Source: Lophium mytilinum (taxonomy: Eukaryota). Taken from it: a stretch of DNA of 64,000 bases. The notes beneath the pieces are model-generated. The model searched no databases, was not told the DNA's origin, and saw only the letters and a program-made list of their open reading frames with translations. Numbering within the stretch: the first letter of the stretch is position 1; each line of letters opens with the position of its first letter. This document shows, piece by piece, positions 24,285 through 36,264 of this stretch. Location: assembly GCA_010093605.1 (NCBI GenBank), contig MU004185.1, positions 2,129,334 through 2,193,333 on the forward strand. The letters run 5' to 3'. The translations under genes and the position numbers were made by a program.

Positions 24285-25616
24285 ATGCCCAAAGCACTTA
24301 CTCCCCCGGCTTTCACGCCTTTGGCGGATTCGGCGCTGTTCAAGCCGCTCAGATTTGGACGTTTGTCCCTCGAGCACCGGGTTGTCCAGGCACCTTTGAC
24401 GCGTATGCGAGCAACTAAGGAAAGCGATGGCATCTTTGTTCCTGGCGATTTGCAGGTGGAATACTACAGTCAGCGCGCAAGCAAAGGAGGGCTACAGCTC
24501 ACCGAGGCGACTGACATACATCATTATGTGGGTCTCAATTTCAATTCCAGAAAGATCGTTGTTACTGACGGCAAGACAGGCCAGCGGCTACCCAGGTGTG
24601 CCAGGCGTCTTCTCCCCCTCCCAATTGGCAGGGTGGAAGAAGGTGACGGACGCTGTTCATGCGAAAGGTGGCTCCATGATCTCTCAATTGTGGCACACCG
24701 GGCGGGCTTCGCCTTCATCGTGGCGGGCAGGCGCACAAGCCTTCAGCTCGAGCAACATTCCTCTCGAAGGAGATGCCCTGGATGGTACGAAGTTCTCCGA
24801 CAATCCTCCGCGTCCTATGACCATCGAGGAGATCCACTCGACAACCAAGGAATGGGCTGCTGCTGCGAAGCGAGCTGTGGATGAAGCTGGCTTTGACATG
24901 GTGGAGATTCATGGTGCCAATGGCTATCTCTTGGATCAATTCCTCCACGACAATGTTAACATCAGGACCGACGCATACGGAGGTTCAGTGGAAAACAGGT
25001 GCCGATTCCCGCTCGAGGTCATTGCAGCTGTCAGCGAAGCCATTGGCGGTGACCGCACCGGTATTCGTCTATCACCCTACAACTACTTCCAAGACACGAA
25101 AGACAGCAACCCCAACGAGCACTGGAAATACCTTTGCGAACAGATTGCAGCTCTACCTGAAAACCAGCGCCCGGCATACGTGCATATGTAAGTTTTCTCT
25201 ATCAAATTGTGAGACGACTAGGCTGATGATTTGCTAGGGTAGAACCACGTTTTGATGAGGTCCTCGACGAGCAAGCTAAAATGGACGCCCTCGCATCCTA
25301 CAGTTCCGCCGCGGAAGGCGTGGAGGCCGAACTTACGGTCAAGACCAAGAACTCTCTTATCCCATTCCGACGCATTCTTGCAAAAGCCGGGATCAAGTTC
25401 CTCGCAGCTGGTGGTTACAACAGAGACAACGCTGCTCCAGCTCTTGAGGCAGATAGTGCGGACGCGATCATCTTCGGCCGCTGGTTCATCGCCAACCCCG
25501 ATCTACCCAAGAGGTTGAGCGAAGGTCTACCATTGAACGCATATGACCGAACGAAGTTCTATGGTGGAGACGCTACGGGCTATGTCGATTACCCGTTCTT
25601 TGAAGGCTCTGCATAA
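24285..25616 (+). CDS. hxnT: Old Yellow Enzyme family FMN-dependent ene-reductase, probable HxnT; introns 24528-24579 and 25188-25237; 409 aa
   Basis: VVQAPLTRMRA, YYSQRAS, QLWHTGR, EIHGANGYLLDQF, RTDAYGGSVENRCRF, FGRWFIANPDLP, YDRTKFY; divergent from the hxnS-like gene. Confidence 0.85.
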
Positions 25617-25743
25617 GCATTCCGGGAGTTCCTTGCCGATTCGATGAAGGGTAAGCGTGGACCTGCAGTTGGAGTAAGTGAGGATACCATGGTCCGGTCA
25701 TCTTTGACCGTGTAGACAGGATAGGCAGCATAAACATTCGGAG

Positions 25744-26973
25744 TTATGTCTTACCACTAAAGTTCTCCATAATGGCTTCCTCTGACTGCGTTGCTACTTG
25801 AACCCCATCTTCAAACGAAAACTCGGCGATGAGACCGTAATGATCAGTGACGAATTCCACCTCCTCTTCGGCTTTCATCTTCGCCCTAACAGCCTCATCC
25901 TCAACCACGACACCCATCCCAATCCTCGTTAAGCTTTTGACTCCCACCTCGCCGCTGAAAACTACCTTATCTAGCCGCGTCGGTCCAAACCGCTTCGCCA
26001 TGTTCGCCTCACTCTGAAATCCCCATGTCATCCCCTCTTCTGCACCCTCTATACCTCCAAGCTCCAAATACGCATCCTTGAACCCATTCTCCGTCGGCAA
26101 CGCCCGATCATACTCCCGATTCGCATTCATATCCCCAGCCACAACCCCCGCAACACACCCCCCATCCCCAACCCACCGCCCCAACGCCGCCATCTGCAAC
26201 GGCCGCATCGGCGGATTCGAAGCCATCGAGTCCAGATGCACGTTGACAACCCTCAAAATCTTCTCTTCCGCCTTCCCAACACCGGCATCCTCCCTGTTCT
26301 TTCCCTCTGATCGAACTTGCAGCACAACATCCACACCCAACCCGTCCCTCTGATACTCACTCACGAACCTCAACCTCGCCGCCCGCGCCACCTTTACTCT
26401 CCGATCTACTAATGTTACGGTGCCGTAGCTACTCCCGTCCCAGGCGGCGGGCGTGCGGTCTGTCATCGCGAAATGGGCACGGATCCAGGGCGTTTCGCTG
26501 AGTTGCTTGAGGTCTGAGGCTGTCATTTCTTGGAGGAGAATGAGGACGGCTGTGGTGGAGGGGAGGGGAGAGAGGAGGGTTGCGAGGTGATTCAGAGCGG
26601 AGGCGAGGCGGGCGGAGCCGTGCGGGGCCATGAAGTCGATGTTCCATGTTAGGAGGGTGACAGAGGTGATGGGGGATGGTAGCGAGGGTGAGATCTGGGG
26701 GTTGCGTAACGGTTGGGATGGTTTTGGTTGGTTTTTAGTTTGGCCAAGAGATATTCGATGCCATGTGCCGGTCTGGAAGTAGTATAGGGGCTGAGGTTGG
26801 GGGATGCGTTGGAGTTGGTTTGCGGTGAGTTTTTCGATTAAGGATTGCTTTGCGGGAGGGAAGGTTGAGGACATGATGGTGCTGGGGACGGCTTTGGCTA
26901 GTTGGGGAGAGCGCTTGAAGGGAGATAGGAAAATTCTAAGACTCTCGAGCTTTTGAAATGCGAATCTGAACAT
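25744..26973 (-). CDS. Endonuclease/exonuclease/phosphatase, TDP2-like (start could be the downstream Met at ~26874)
   Basis: EEP motifs LLTWNIDF, ILLQE, VNVHLDS, AGDMNA, TWG, RLDKV and TDHYGL. Confidence 0.85.
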   Translation of the reverse strand: MFRFAFQKLESLRIFLSPFKRSPQLAKAVPSTIMSSTFPPAKQSLIEKLTANQLQRIPQPQPLYYFQTGTWHRISLGQTKNQPKPSQPLRNPQISPSLPSPITSVTLLTWNIDFMAPHGSARLASALNHLATLLSPLPSTTAVLILLQEMTASDLKQLSETPWIRAHFAMTDRTPAAWDGSSYGTVTLVDRRVKVARAARLRFVSEYQRDGLGVDVVLQVRSEGKNREDAGVGKAEEKILRVVNVHLDSMASNPPMRPLQMAALGRWVGDGGCVAGVVAGDMNANREYDRALPTENGFKDAYLELGGIEGAEEGMTWGFQSEANMAKRFGPTRLDKVVFSGEVGVKSLTRIGMGVVVEDEAVRAKMKAEEEVEFVTDHYGLIAEFSFEDGVQVATQSEEAIMENFSGKT

Positions 26974-27490
26974 CTGAAGAAGAATTTGATAGATTAGGCA
27001 ACACTATACTGATCACGTGTGGCTTTGTGCTTTCTCATCCTTTTCAGCAGGGGGAATTTTGGCACTTAGCAATGGAACGTTCTCATTCGATCGTTTTGAT
27101 GCTAGAATCCATCGTGTTGGACACAAGGATGCGCTTTATAGCGAAAAGAGAGTGAATCTTTGAAGTGCAGGGGTCGTTTTCATTCCTCGGCTTCTCCGTA
27201 TCAAGCTAGACCACCCGCGTGGAAGTGGAGTCTTCAATCTAAACCCCCTAACATCCATCGTCACGACAACACATCGTCAAGATCTAGACGTAGTTCCATC
27301 TCATACGCAATCTTGCGAGATTTCTGCACGCAGTTGAGAGATTGAAAACTTGAATTTGGATCAATATCCATTCTACATCGTTGGCAGTGCATGCTTTCCA
27401 CAGCCATCCTCCTGTTACTGGGTAAAACAACTATCCTTTCTCAATCGCCTCTGTTAACAAAGAACATCGTCAAACTGGGTAACATGAAGC

Positions 27491-29752
27491 CTACGAATCG
27501 CCACCTTTCGGGAGCAAAGATCGCAGCTTTCTCCGGGGTCTTGTTCTCCTTGTCTGTCGATGTTGTTGAATTGTAGGAGGTGCGGCTGCTAACAAGAAAT
27601 CAGGCGTAAATATGAATAGCGGGTGTATAACTGGAGGATTCATGGCACAAATTGCTTGACGTTGAGGGCTATTAGTCGGTTCCATACTCTGTTCAAGTGA
27701 GATATTGCTTTGAGGTGGAATCCAGATTTGTGAGCCTTTTACAGCAATGTCTCGGAAGCATGTTATGGTATGGTGATCCCTTGAACCATATCTGGCGTTT
27801 GGATCGTGCCGTAAACATCCTTCGAACTCCTCTAGCTCTAAGCATTTAACCACAGCGTGGTTTTCTTCGCCTGATGCCCTATTTGCTTCCACTAGGAAAC
27901 TACGTTGCCAGCTTATCATGGAGCAACGATCATTGCATCGTTCGTTGGACACCATCGCGCCAACAGACAAAGTAAGTTTCTTCAGGCGAAGGCAGGAAGA
28001 TGACGACCATAGATCGTTCCAAATTTGCAGGCACCTTCGGTCGGAGACTGGCTTGCGGAAGGCTTTCTGGTTGAACTTCTCCAGCTCGACAAGAAGTCCG
28101 AGGGTTTTGATAAACCACAGCGATCTAGAGATGCATTTCATGTATTTGAGCAGCTGTGTTTTGTAAATCGTCAGCCGCAATACCTCTCAATCTCTGATAT
28201 AGTGCTTGTCACGGTCTGTGTGGCCTTATCTGCGGCAGACAGACGTGCTTCGACACGTTTCCAAAAGCTGTGCTTACCTCTTTATCCTTATACGGGACAT
28301 CAACAGCGAGGCTACGGAGACGAGGGCAAGTCTCCCCCAGTAGCCTCAAAGATGCCACACTGATGATGGACCTAGGAGAGGGACCCAAAGTACCTGGCTC
28401 ATTCTCGTGAAGAGTAAGAGAACGTAAGGACCGACCGAGGTGACCAAAAAGATCTCTGTCGGTTTCGTTGTCACCGGAAACCATGACTGGGAGGCCGTTC
28501 CAAAGCTCAAGGTCTTCCAGGTTAGACTGCGAAAATAACGAGGATCTAACATTGTCGAAGTCAGTCTTCCTTCTGCATGACTTGTCTACATCGAGGTGAG
28601 AAGTGTCGAGCCCAAGTGTCAAGGCTCGAAGTTGAACATCCTCGGACGCAATGACGCTGAGCAAAGTTGGGCAGGTAAAGTGAGCCTCGCGGAGATCTTT
28701 CCACGAAATCATCTTTCCAAGTTGCACCTCTTCGAGATGGAGCAAAGCTTGCTGGCCAGGGCCGCACATGCACATATTGGTAAGGCGTAAGCTTCTTAGC
28801 CTTAACGGACCTCGAGCGGAATCGAAGAAGTCCGTCATCCAGCGGAAGTCGGTGAGGGTAGTAAAGTCATCGCCATCGTGCCGTAACGCATCGTGTCGTG
28901 GATAGATTCTGCCTGCAGCATGGACTTGAAGGCTTTTGAGCGGCGATTTTGATATCAGCTTTCCAAGGGATCGAAGTACGCCATTCTTGTTCGAAGTGTC
29001 GTCCCAAGCTGGCACCACTACTCCGAGACTCACTAAGTTTGATGCAATTGATCGCAAGCCCGATAGACTTTTGAGCGTCTGGATGGAAGGAAAGACTATG
29101 TCCCAAGAGCTGCGATCTCCACTATCCTCAGCCCGCAGTTGCATATTCACTCGACAGTTGGGATGTCTGCGTAAGGCATCAAGGATGCAGTCTGGGATCC
29201 GAGGTTTGGCGGCCCAACTACTCAAGCATTAGCCACCCCGGGCGATGACATAGTTGCGCTAGACACGTACGTGAAGTTCGAAAGTGACAGTTTTGGAATC
29301 AGAGCAGCGAACTGATCGAGCTGTGCCCAGGTAAGGTCACTCCGACGCTCTAAGCACCCATATTCTCCGCGATTGAGATCCCGGAACTCGTAATCCAGGA
29401 AAGGCTCGATTCGATGAACTGGAAGAAGGCCTGAGCAGTAGACGTCCAAGACACGAATGCGATGAAGCCGTTGCTGGAATCTGGAGTCATGTTCAATACG
29501 TTGGAACAGTCGAACGTTGCGCGCGTGCGACCCCGGACTCAGTACAATGTGGTCGATGTCGCCTTCCAATATACGTTGAGCTATTTCATGCCATACTTTG
29601 GAAACGAGACACACGTTGAGGAGGCTTGGGTGATCTGATGACCAAACCTAGAAGAGTATGTTAGGCACGGAGCTAATGTAGGCTTGTTGGAGGCTGCGGC
29701 GAGATACCTCCTGGAAAATGTAGTAAAGAATATCGGTACTAGTTTTTTCCAT
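27491..29752 (-). CDS. F-box-like/LRR-like hypothetical protein; introns ~29648-29707, 29218-29270, 28216-28277
   Basis: Spliced N-terminus MEKTSTDILYYIFQEVWSSDHPSLLNVCLVSKVWHEIAQR (F-box-like); LRSLRL, LRALTL, LRSLTL and CPRLRSLAVD repeats. The 3' end is less certain. Confidence 0.65.
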
Positions 29753-29978
29753 AATGGGTGGTCGAAGGGAACTATTTAGGAAGCTTGCAGGGAAAGTAAT
29801 CTTAAATGTCACGATATGGACTGCTGGCGGGATCGAGAAGTGAGGAGGCCGGGATGCGACTTTGCGGCGCAGAATAGGCTTACTATCACGCGTGATCTCG
29901 CTAACAAATTATCTTGCTACCTAGAAGCCTGGCTTCGACCTTACGTCTCTCAAGCCTCATCGCTACGCGCAAAGCATT

Positions 29979-31613
29979 ATGGCAACCTCGCTTTTACATA
30001 TGCCCGCAGAGATCGTCGAATTGATTGCAGGCCATCTAGGCCTTTCTGATCTCCGCAGCCTACGCTTCGCCTGCAGAGACGTCAACGCGAAAGTCACTGC
30101 GAGTCGCCGCTTCGAAGGCTTTTGCGTTCACAAAAATGTCGAGTTGCGGAAGTCTAACATGGAAGAGCTAGGAGATCGGCTTTGCAAGCCAGGTGTTCAA
30201 AAGCATCTGGAGCATTTGACAATCACGGGTGTTCTCATTGTCACGAAAGGCCTGGAGCGCATTATTCGGGAGAAGACAAAACCGGCCAATCTTGAAGATC
30301 CTTGTGGCATGAGGCGTGACATGATTGGCAATCGCTCCAATCCACAACGTGTTGCAGCTTCTCAGTCTGAGGTGAAAGACGCTGAGTCTCAGCTGTCTGA
30401 CTTCAAAGGGGAAATCCATACTGTCGACACAGAGCGAACGGCCGGTCATGATTCTATTGCCCTGGCTGATTTATTCCAAACCATCAAGACGCACTGCAAA
30501 GCGGCTGGGCTCAAGAGTCTTACTCTCGATCTGGTTGTCCGTAGAGAGCAGACTACTGTCCTGTCGCCAGCCTTGGGTGCACCATTTCGACAGGTCTGGG
30601 AGACCGCGCAACATGTTCTTTCCGTCTCGCTGCAAGCCTGGCATCGTAGCGCTATCAGGATAGAACGCCTGGATGTCTTCTCTGAGACAGAAGCCTGCGG
30701 GGTACAGGCCTACACTTTGGCTGCCCTCCAGAATCAAATTGACTTCAAAAACCTCTTCGGACTAAGGGCGTTGTCTCTGAGCATTAGCAACCGAATCCTT
30801 CCCCTCAGTGCCTCCGAACAGATTCGCAATGCCGATGCGGATGAGGAGCGTCTAGACCGACTAAGTATCATGCGCGAAAACGAACAGCTGTATGCGAACG
30901 CCCAGCAAAGTCACGCGGCGCTCAGGGAAGAACGTATGAGATTGCTGAATGACCCAGATAATACTACCGGACTCGCAGACTGGCTGCGACGGACGACAAG
31001 CCTAGAAGAGCTATCTATCCGTAATTACTGGGTACTCAATAGTTTCGATACCTCTGCTCCCGCTCATGCTAGCCGCAAAGCCTTGGTTGGATACCTCGCG
31101 GAAACCGCACCACTTCCGAACTTGCGCAGCTTAATTTTGCGGAGCGCGGACATCGAAATCGGCGCGCTCCTAACACTTCTGAGAAACAGTCCACGCTTGA
31201 AGTCACTCGCCATGCGAGATGTGACCCTAAATGCATCGAACGGCCAAAGTTGGAGGACAGCGTTTGCCCATATAACCTCCCACGGCGCGGAATTGACCGA
31301 TGTCTACTTTGACAATCTCTTCGAGGAGACTGAATGGCAGCACAGCTACCTCACTTGTTTTACCCCAGGTACCGAGCCTGGGTACAGCATCGGCAGCGGT
31401 GAAGATGGAAGTGCTCGATTGCGAAGATTAGGACTAGTACATTGGGACTTCTGCATGCCGAGCGCAAACGGCGTGAATGCATTCGAACTTCACCGGCGAG
31501 AGGACGTTCTAAGAAGCATTGAATACCAGCTCAACCCACAGTATATCGCTGGCTCGGTGCAGAACTCAATGTGGCTGGAACAACGAAGGCGCAATCACGG
31601 TCCTTTGGGATAA
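29979..31613 (+). CDS. F-box domain protein with LRR-like C-terminus
   Basis: 544-aa intronless ORF beginning SLLHMPAEIVELIAGHLGLSDLRSLRFACR; LEELSI, LPNLRSLIL and LKSLAM repeats. Confidence 0.75.
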   Translation: MATSLLHMPAEIVELIAGHLGLSDLRSLRFACRDVNAKVTASRRFEGFCVHKNVELRKSNMEELGDRLCKPGVQKHLEHLTITGVLIVTKGLERIIREKTKPANLEDPCGMRRDMIGNRSNPQRVAASQSEVKDAESQLSDFKGEIHTVDTERTAGHDSIALADLFQTIKTHCKAAGLKSLTLDLVVRREQTTVLSPALGAPFRQVWETAQHVLSVSLQAWHRSAIRIERLDVFSETEACGVQAYTLAALQNQIDFKNLFGLRALSLSISNRILPLSASEQIRNADADEERLDRLSIMRENEQLYANAQQSHAALREERMRLLNDPDNTTGLADWLRRTTSLEELSIRNYWVLNSFDTSAPAHASRKALVGYLAETAPLPNLRSLILRSADIEIGALLTLLRNSPRLKSLAMRDVTLNASNGQSWRTAFAHITSHGAELTDVYFDNLFEETEWQHSYLTCFTPGTEPGYSIGSGEDGSARLRRLGLVHWDFCMPSANGVNAFELHRREDVLRSIEYQLNPQYIAGSVQNSMWLEQRRRNHGPLG

Positions 31614-32569
31614 AGTTGACTCCTTGAAGAGTAAGCAAGCTCGACTTAGAAAGAATACGCGTCGTTGCTATGGTCAACTAACCTAGCAACCAGGGCCCTC
31701 GTCGAAGGAAACTTTTCAAGGTCTAGGACATAAGGGAATCGCACGGGAAAAACGCAATCGAACCATTCCGTCTCTAGAGTTACAGTATTTCCTGGGAGAC
31801 TAATACAACTCGATCGGCTTTCGTAAATGAACACATCAAGACGACCTGCAAGATGAAAGGGTTTCTCTCACATGATGGCCTCATCGCACTCTATCACGAA
31901 TCTCGGGCGCGTTCGGAGATGCAACAAGCAGCCGGATCATTCCGCAGTGACAGAATAGTATGCCTACACACGTTGCATGTGTGCTCCCGAGAAGAGCTTT
32001 CACTACATAGTACATATCATGAGGCCTCATCGTCGTTACCGTTATGTGAGAAATAATGAGGAAGTCATGCTGATTTTGGGGCTTGTCTGGATCGCACTCC
32101 CATCCCTGCCATCTAATGTGTTCAATCAGGGCGCATTCGGACGGTGACATGGTTTGCAAATGAGTTCGTTTGCAGAAATTCCTGCTGCCTAGTCCTAGCT
32201 AGCAGCAGACCATGCTATTACTACCCTTTGACGCTGGGAGCCCGGAGCTACCAGAGGTGAAGGACGACTACAGAAAGCCCTCGATGCGATCCTACCAGCT
32301 CGAGACAAAGCGGAGTCATCTGCTATAACAGGTGACTGGATTTCAATGAAACTGGGCTCTTTTTACAAGGTTGGTCTACCCCTGCCAACCCTGACCTACC
32401 CAGACAGAATCCTTCGTGATAGTGCGAGGCTCAGCCTCGCTGCTAGCCGAGCGGCCGAATACTAAAGCAAGCAATCCCTCCAATGTCGAAGCGCGACAGT
32501 GAAGAGGTTCGACTTACTTCTACTTGCGTCCTTCAAACCTCAAATCGCGGTATCCCGCTTTACGCGAAG

Positions 32570-33796
32570 ATGCGATGCGGAATTATCTACGCTCTGGCCG
32601 TATTGTTGCTCTTGGAATGTACAACAGATGCAGCCTCCGGGATTAACACGGAAGACTGGCTTGTCTCCCAAAACAAGGACCTGGCATTGGCTGGCACGAT
32701 CGATCTGACGCTAGGAATCGACTATGCAGGCGGTATACGAATGTATGGCTTCGCCGGCACTCACTTCACCGGGGCGACCATTTGGAGGTTGATCGAAGGG
32801 ACTATCGAAGGAGAATACACCTTTCACGCATACGACGATCTAGACAACATCCTAGCAGTAGCCGGGAATAATACCGATGACTATGTCTCACATATGTACC
32901 CCAGCCAATATGTCTCAACCTTCATAGGAAACCCGATCGGGAGTTGGCAGGTGACTCAATACGATGATGGATCGTATGCCTTCTTCGTTCCTGGCACAAA
33001 TGCGGAGCTATCTCTCGCCATCCGAAGCGACAACATAGCTGAGATTTCGTCGGACTGGGAGAACGGGAGCCCGCGTCACATTTGGTATCCTCAAGTTGCA
33101 ATTGTGACTTCATCAATTGAGACTACCATCACTCTCACGTCTACGTCCTTTCTGGCTGGGGCAACAGGAACGGCTGCAACAGTGACCGTCGGAGGAGAAA
33201 CTATAACAGCTTATTCGGTGCAGTCTCTCACAGTAACGGAGGTATTTTGATTTTTATGAAATCCGATTCGTTTCCATGCCACCCGCGCGCTACTAGTATT
33301 GTCGTGTCGTTTTACCTGCTACCTTTCTTAGAAACCCCTTTAAAGACATATGGGACAAAAGCTGACCCACTTATCGCAGACGGTGACAGTAAACGCAAAC
33401 GTCCAACGTCGCCTCCACAAACGTAGCGATCCTACCCTTACTTCTTATATCACCTCGAGAGCCTACGAGACTGTCACTCAGTTGATCAGCGGTATAGTCA
33501 CTATCACCGAAGAGCCAGTCACCATCGTCGCGGTGAAGACGAGCGTATTCACAGAAACACATACCGAAATGATTGGTCACTCGCCTTCCAGCGCCTCCGG
33601 AGTGGCCCCAAGTAGCGGTTCGTCCCCTGCCACTGCAGCCACTACACCAGCAAGTACTGTTCTAGCGCCTCCAACTTCTACCTCGTCCGTGGTTGCGACA
33701 TCGACCTCTGCCGCTAATCAGAAACGCTCTGGGACGTCTGGGCTTCTATTGCGCTGCTCTACCGCTTTACTACTCACGGCCTGGGCATTTTGGTAG
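32570..33796 (+). CDS. Secreted, probably GPI-anchored Ser/Thr-rich cell-surface protein; intron 33242-33379
   Basis: Signal peptide MRCGIIYALAVLLLLECTTDA, a globular N-domain, a Thr/Ser-rich stalk, and a hydrophobic C-terminus (STALLLTAWAFW) after a small-residue omega-like site. Confidence 0.75.
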
Positions 33797-34528
33797 CCTA
33801 TGCGGATTTCGTACGTGTCATTCAGTTGTTGTTTGATTTAGGGAACATATTCTGAGTTAACTTGGACACTATTAGCTGAAACCTCCTCGTATTCTATAAT
33901 CTGCCTCATAGTCTCCTATTTATTTACAACGTTAAAGTTGGTGAGTAAGAAGATGGAGACTTTGCATAGTCACGTGCTGCCCTTTTCTGTCCACAACGAA
34001 ATATTGAACGCCAGTGTGCCCGTAAATTATTTTTACACATGATGACCCGAAGAGCATGTAAATATCATTGCAAATGGAGAATGGTAAGCGTGTGGAAGGT
34101 CTTGGCTCTGCAAGTGTGAAGCGCAGCGTCGAGTGTCGTACTTTGAAAGAACGGGGTGGGTTGCTGGAAGCTTTCAGAAGATGACAAACCTACCTCTAAA
34201 TGTAAAGGTAAGGAGAAATTGTTTGAAGATCAATACAACGCTGAATATTATCCTGAACAGCAGCATTGAGTCATGGTTCATTCGTGGGGTAGTTCGCATG
34301 AGTCGTAAGTCCTGCTGGCCCAAGCTCCTTCAACCCTTTTCGCGATAGACTCTCATCCATCAGCCTCTTCCCCATCCTCCCTCTCTCCATCATCTTAAAT
34401 CTTCCAGTCAGCCAGCCTACAGCCTACTTTGGTATTTCTAGTTTTGATATCGCCATGTCGGATGTCAAACACATGAAAAGACTCACGATGAAACCACAAG
34501 TAAGAACTACAAAGTACTCTTAGCTACC

Positions 34529-35737
34529 TCAAAGCTTGCCTCTAACCCCGGAGAAGACATCCCCTAACCACTCCCAAGTCGCAAACGTCATAATCCCAGG
34601 GTCAGTGCCAAATTGTGCATCGAGGAAGCAATCGATATGGACCTCGTTCTCACATTCAACAAATCTGACACTAACACCTGCGTCCTTCAGCTTCGACGCA
34701 AACTCTGTGTCATCGGTCAGGAAAAGCTCATGTCCTCCTGCGAGAACAATAGTCTCCTTAGCAGGGAGGTCCTTCCACCACGAAATATCAGCACCCAGAG
34801 GCTCGGTGTAGTTATTCTTCTCATCATCGTTCACAAATTTGCGCGTGAACCAGTGCAGGCCGTCAACTCCATGAATGTCTTTCGCGACGTTGTCTCGAAA
34901 TGACTCAGCTTCGGTTGAAAAGGTCACCCAAGGACCGTTGAGTAGAAGGCCTGCTAACGGACCGGATAGGGAGAGAGGTTTGATGTCAGGGTGAGCGTGC
35001 ATAATTACTGATAGGACTGCTAGAGCAAGATTGGCGCCGGCAGAGTCGCCGCCCATTACGACCTGCGATCCATCAGTGAGTGCGTCGTGACCTCGCGGAA
35101 CATGCTCACGTCTCTCGTCTTATAGCCTTTCGAAATAATGTGCCGCAGCACTTCTACGCCTTGCAGATACTGCACAGGGTATTTGGCTTCCATCGTCAGA
35201 GCTACACCATCAAGCGTCAGTTTTGATCTCGAAGCTTTGGATATGTGAAGGGAGCACTGACTATACTCCAGCAAGGCTATCACCACATTTTCGCCTCTTC
35301 GCTCCAGTTGCTTCTGGCATTCGATCAGGAATATTACATGTCCATCGAACATTGGAAGTCCGAAACCGCCCCCTTAGTCAACGTTAGCATCACGGGAAGC
35401 AATGTATTCTAATAATCTCAATTCGATTTCTTGGGGGATTCAACAGGTAAGCATGCTCAATCTAGCGAATTCTCCAGGAAGGACACTCTTCGCAACCCGG
35501 ATGTCTCTTACCATGGAAGTATAGTATAACTTTCTGTGCCGAACGATCTCCAATCCAATGTATGCGTGCGCCTGAACTATTGGGCACGTCGTCAACTTGC
35601 CAAGGTACATTATCCTTTTTACAACGAGACTCGATAATTGCAGCAGTCGGGACGGAGACAGCTTGCGATATCGACGGATCCACGAATGCTTTACGAAGGT
35701 CGACATTGCGCGCGTCGTGTGCTGCGGATCGAGACAT
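34529..35737 (-). CDS. Alpha/beta hydrolase of the HSL / steryl-acetyl hydrolase (Say1-like) type, multi-exon; 5' end uncertain
   Basis: VILYFHG|GGF oxyanion motif across an intron, GGDSAGANL nucleophile elbow, GPWV, GGHELF and VHID. Confidence 0.75.
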
Positions 35738-36264
35738 GATGGACCTGTGAACGACGAACCTTCAAACAACGCAAACGACTGGAAGCTTCGAAGGCCTAAC
35801 GAAGGGATTACAGTTCCTGCATGCGTTTATGAACATTTTTCCTTCGCTCACCGAACCCGAATGCTGTGTAACATCCGGAACCCCGCAAGCTTTTAGCCCC
35901 GAGAGTGGATATCGTTTTGCGTCGCTAAGCGTTTGCATTATCGTGCTCAACATTTGAAATTGATAGATCTACCCGGCGGACGACTTGTCGGTAACTTCGA
36001 ATTATGGGGTTCCCCGCTTCTGAGCTTTGTACCCCACATTCCACTTCTACGCGATCTACCAAACGCGAGGAACTGCATAGAACACCCAGTCAAAAGGATA
36101 GAGGTTATTATAAGGAGAAATAACGCTGAATTGTATATCTCGAGAAACTCAACCCAAAAGCCATCAACAAAAATGTTCCCTCCCATCCCGGCTTCTTCAC
36201 CACAGCTACAACCAACGCCCCCACGATAATCCCGCCGGGTACTATAAACTCAAACAACCCCCGA

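Noticed and set aside
31646..32159. Two short minus-strand ORFs that might form a small gene
   Set aside because: No recognisable motif and no convincing splice joining them; possibly a relic.
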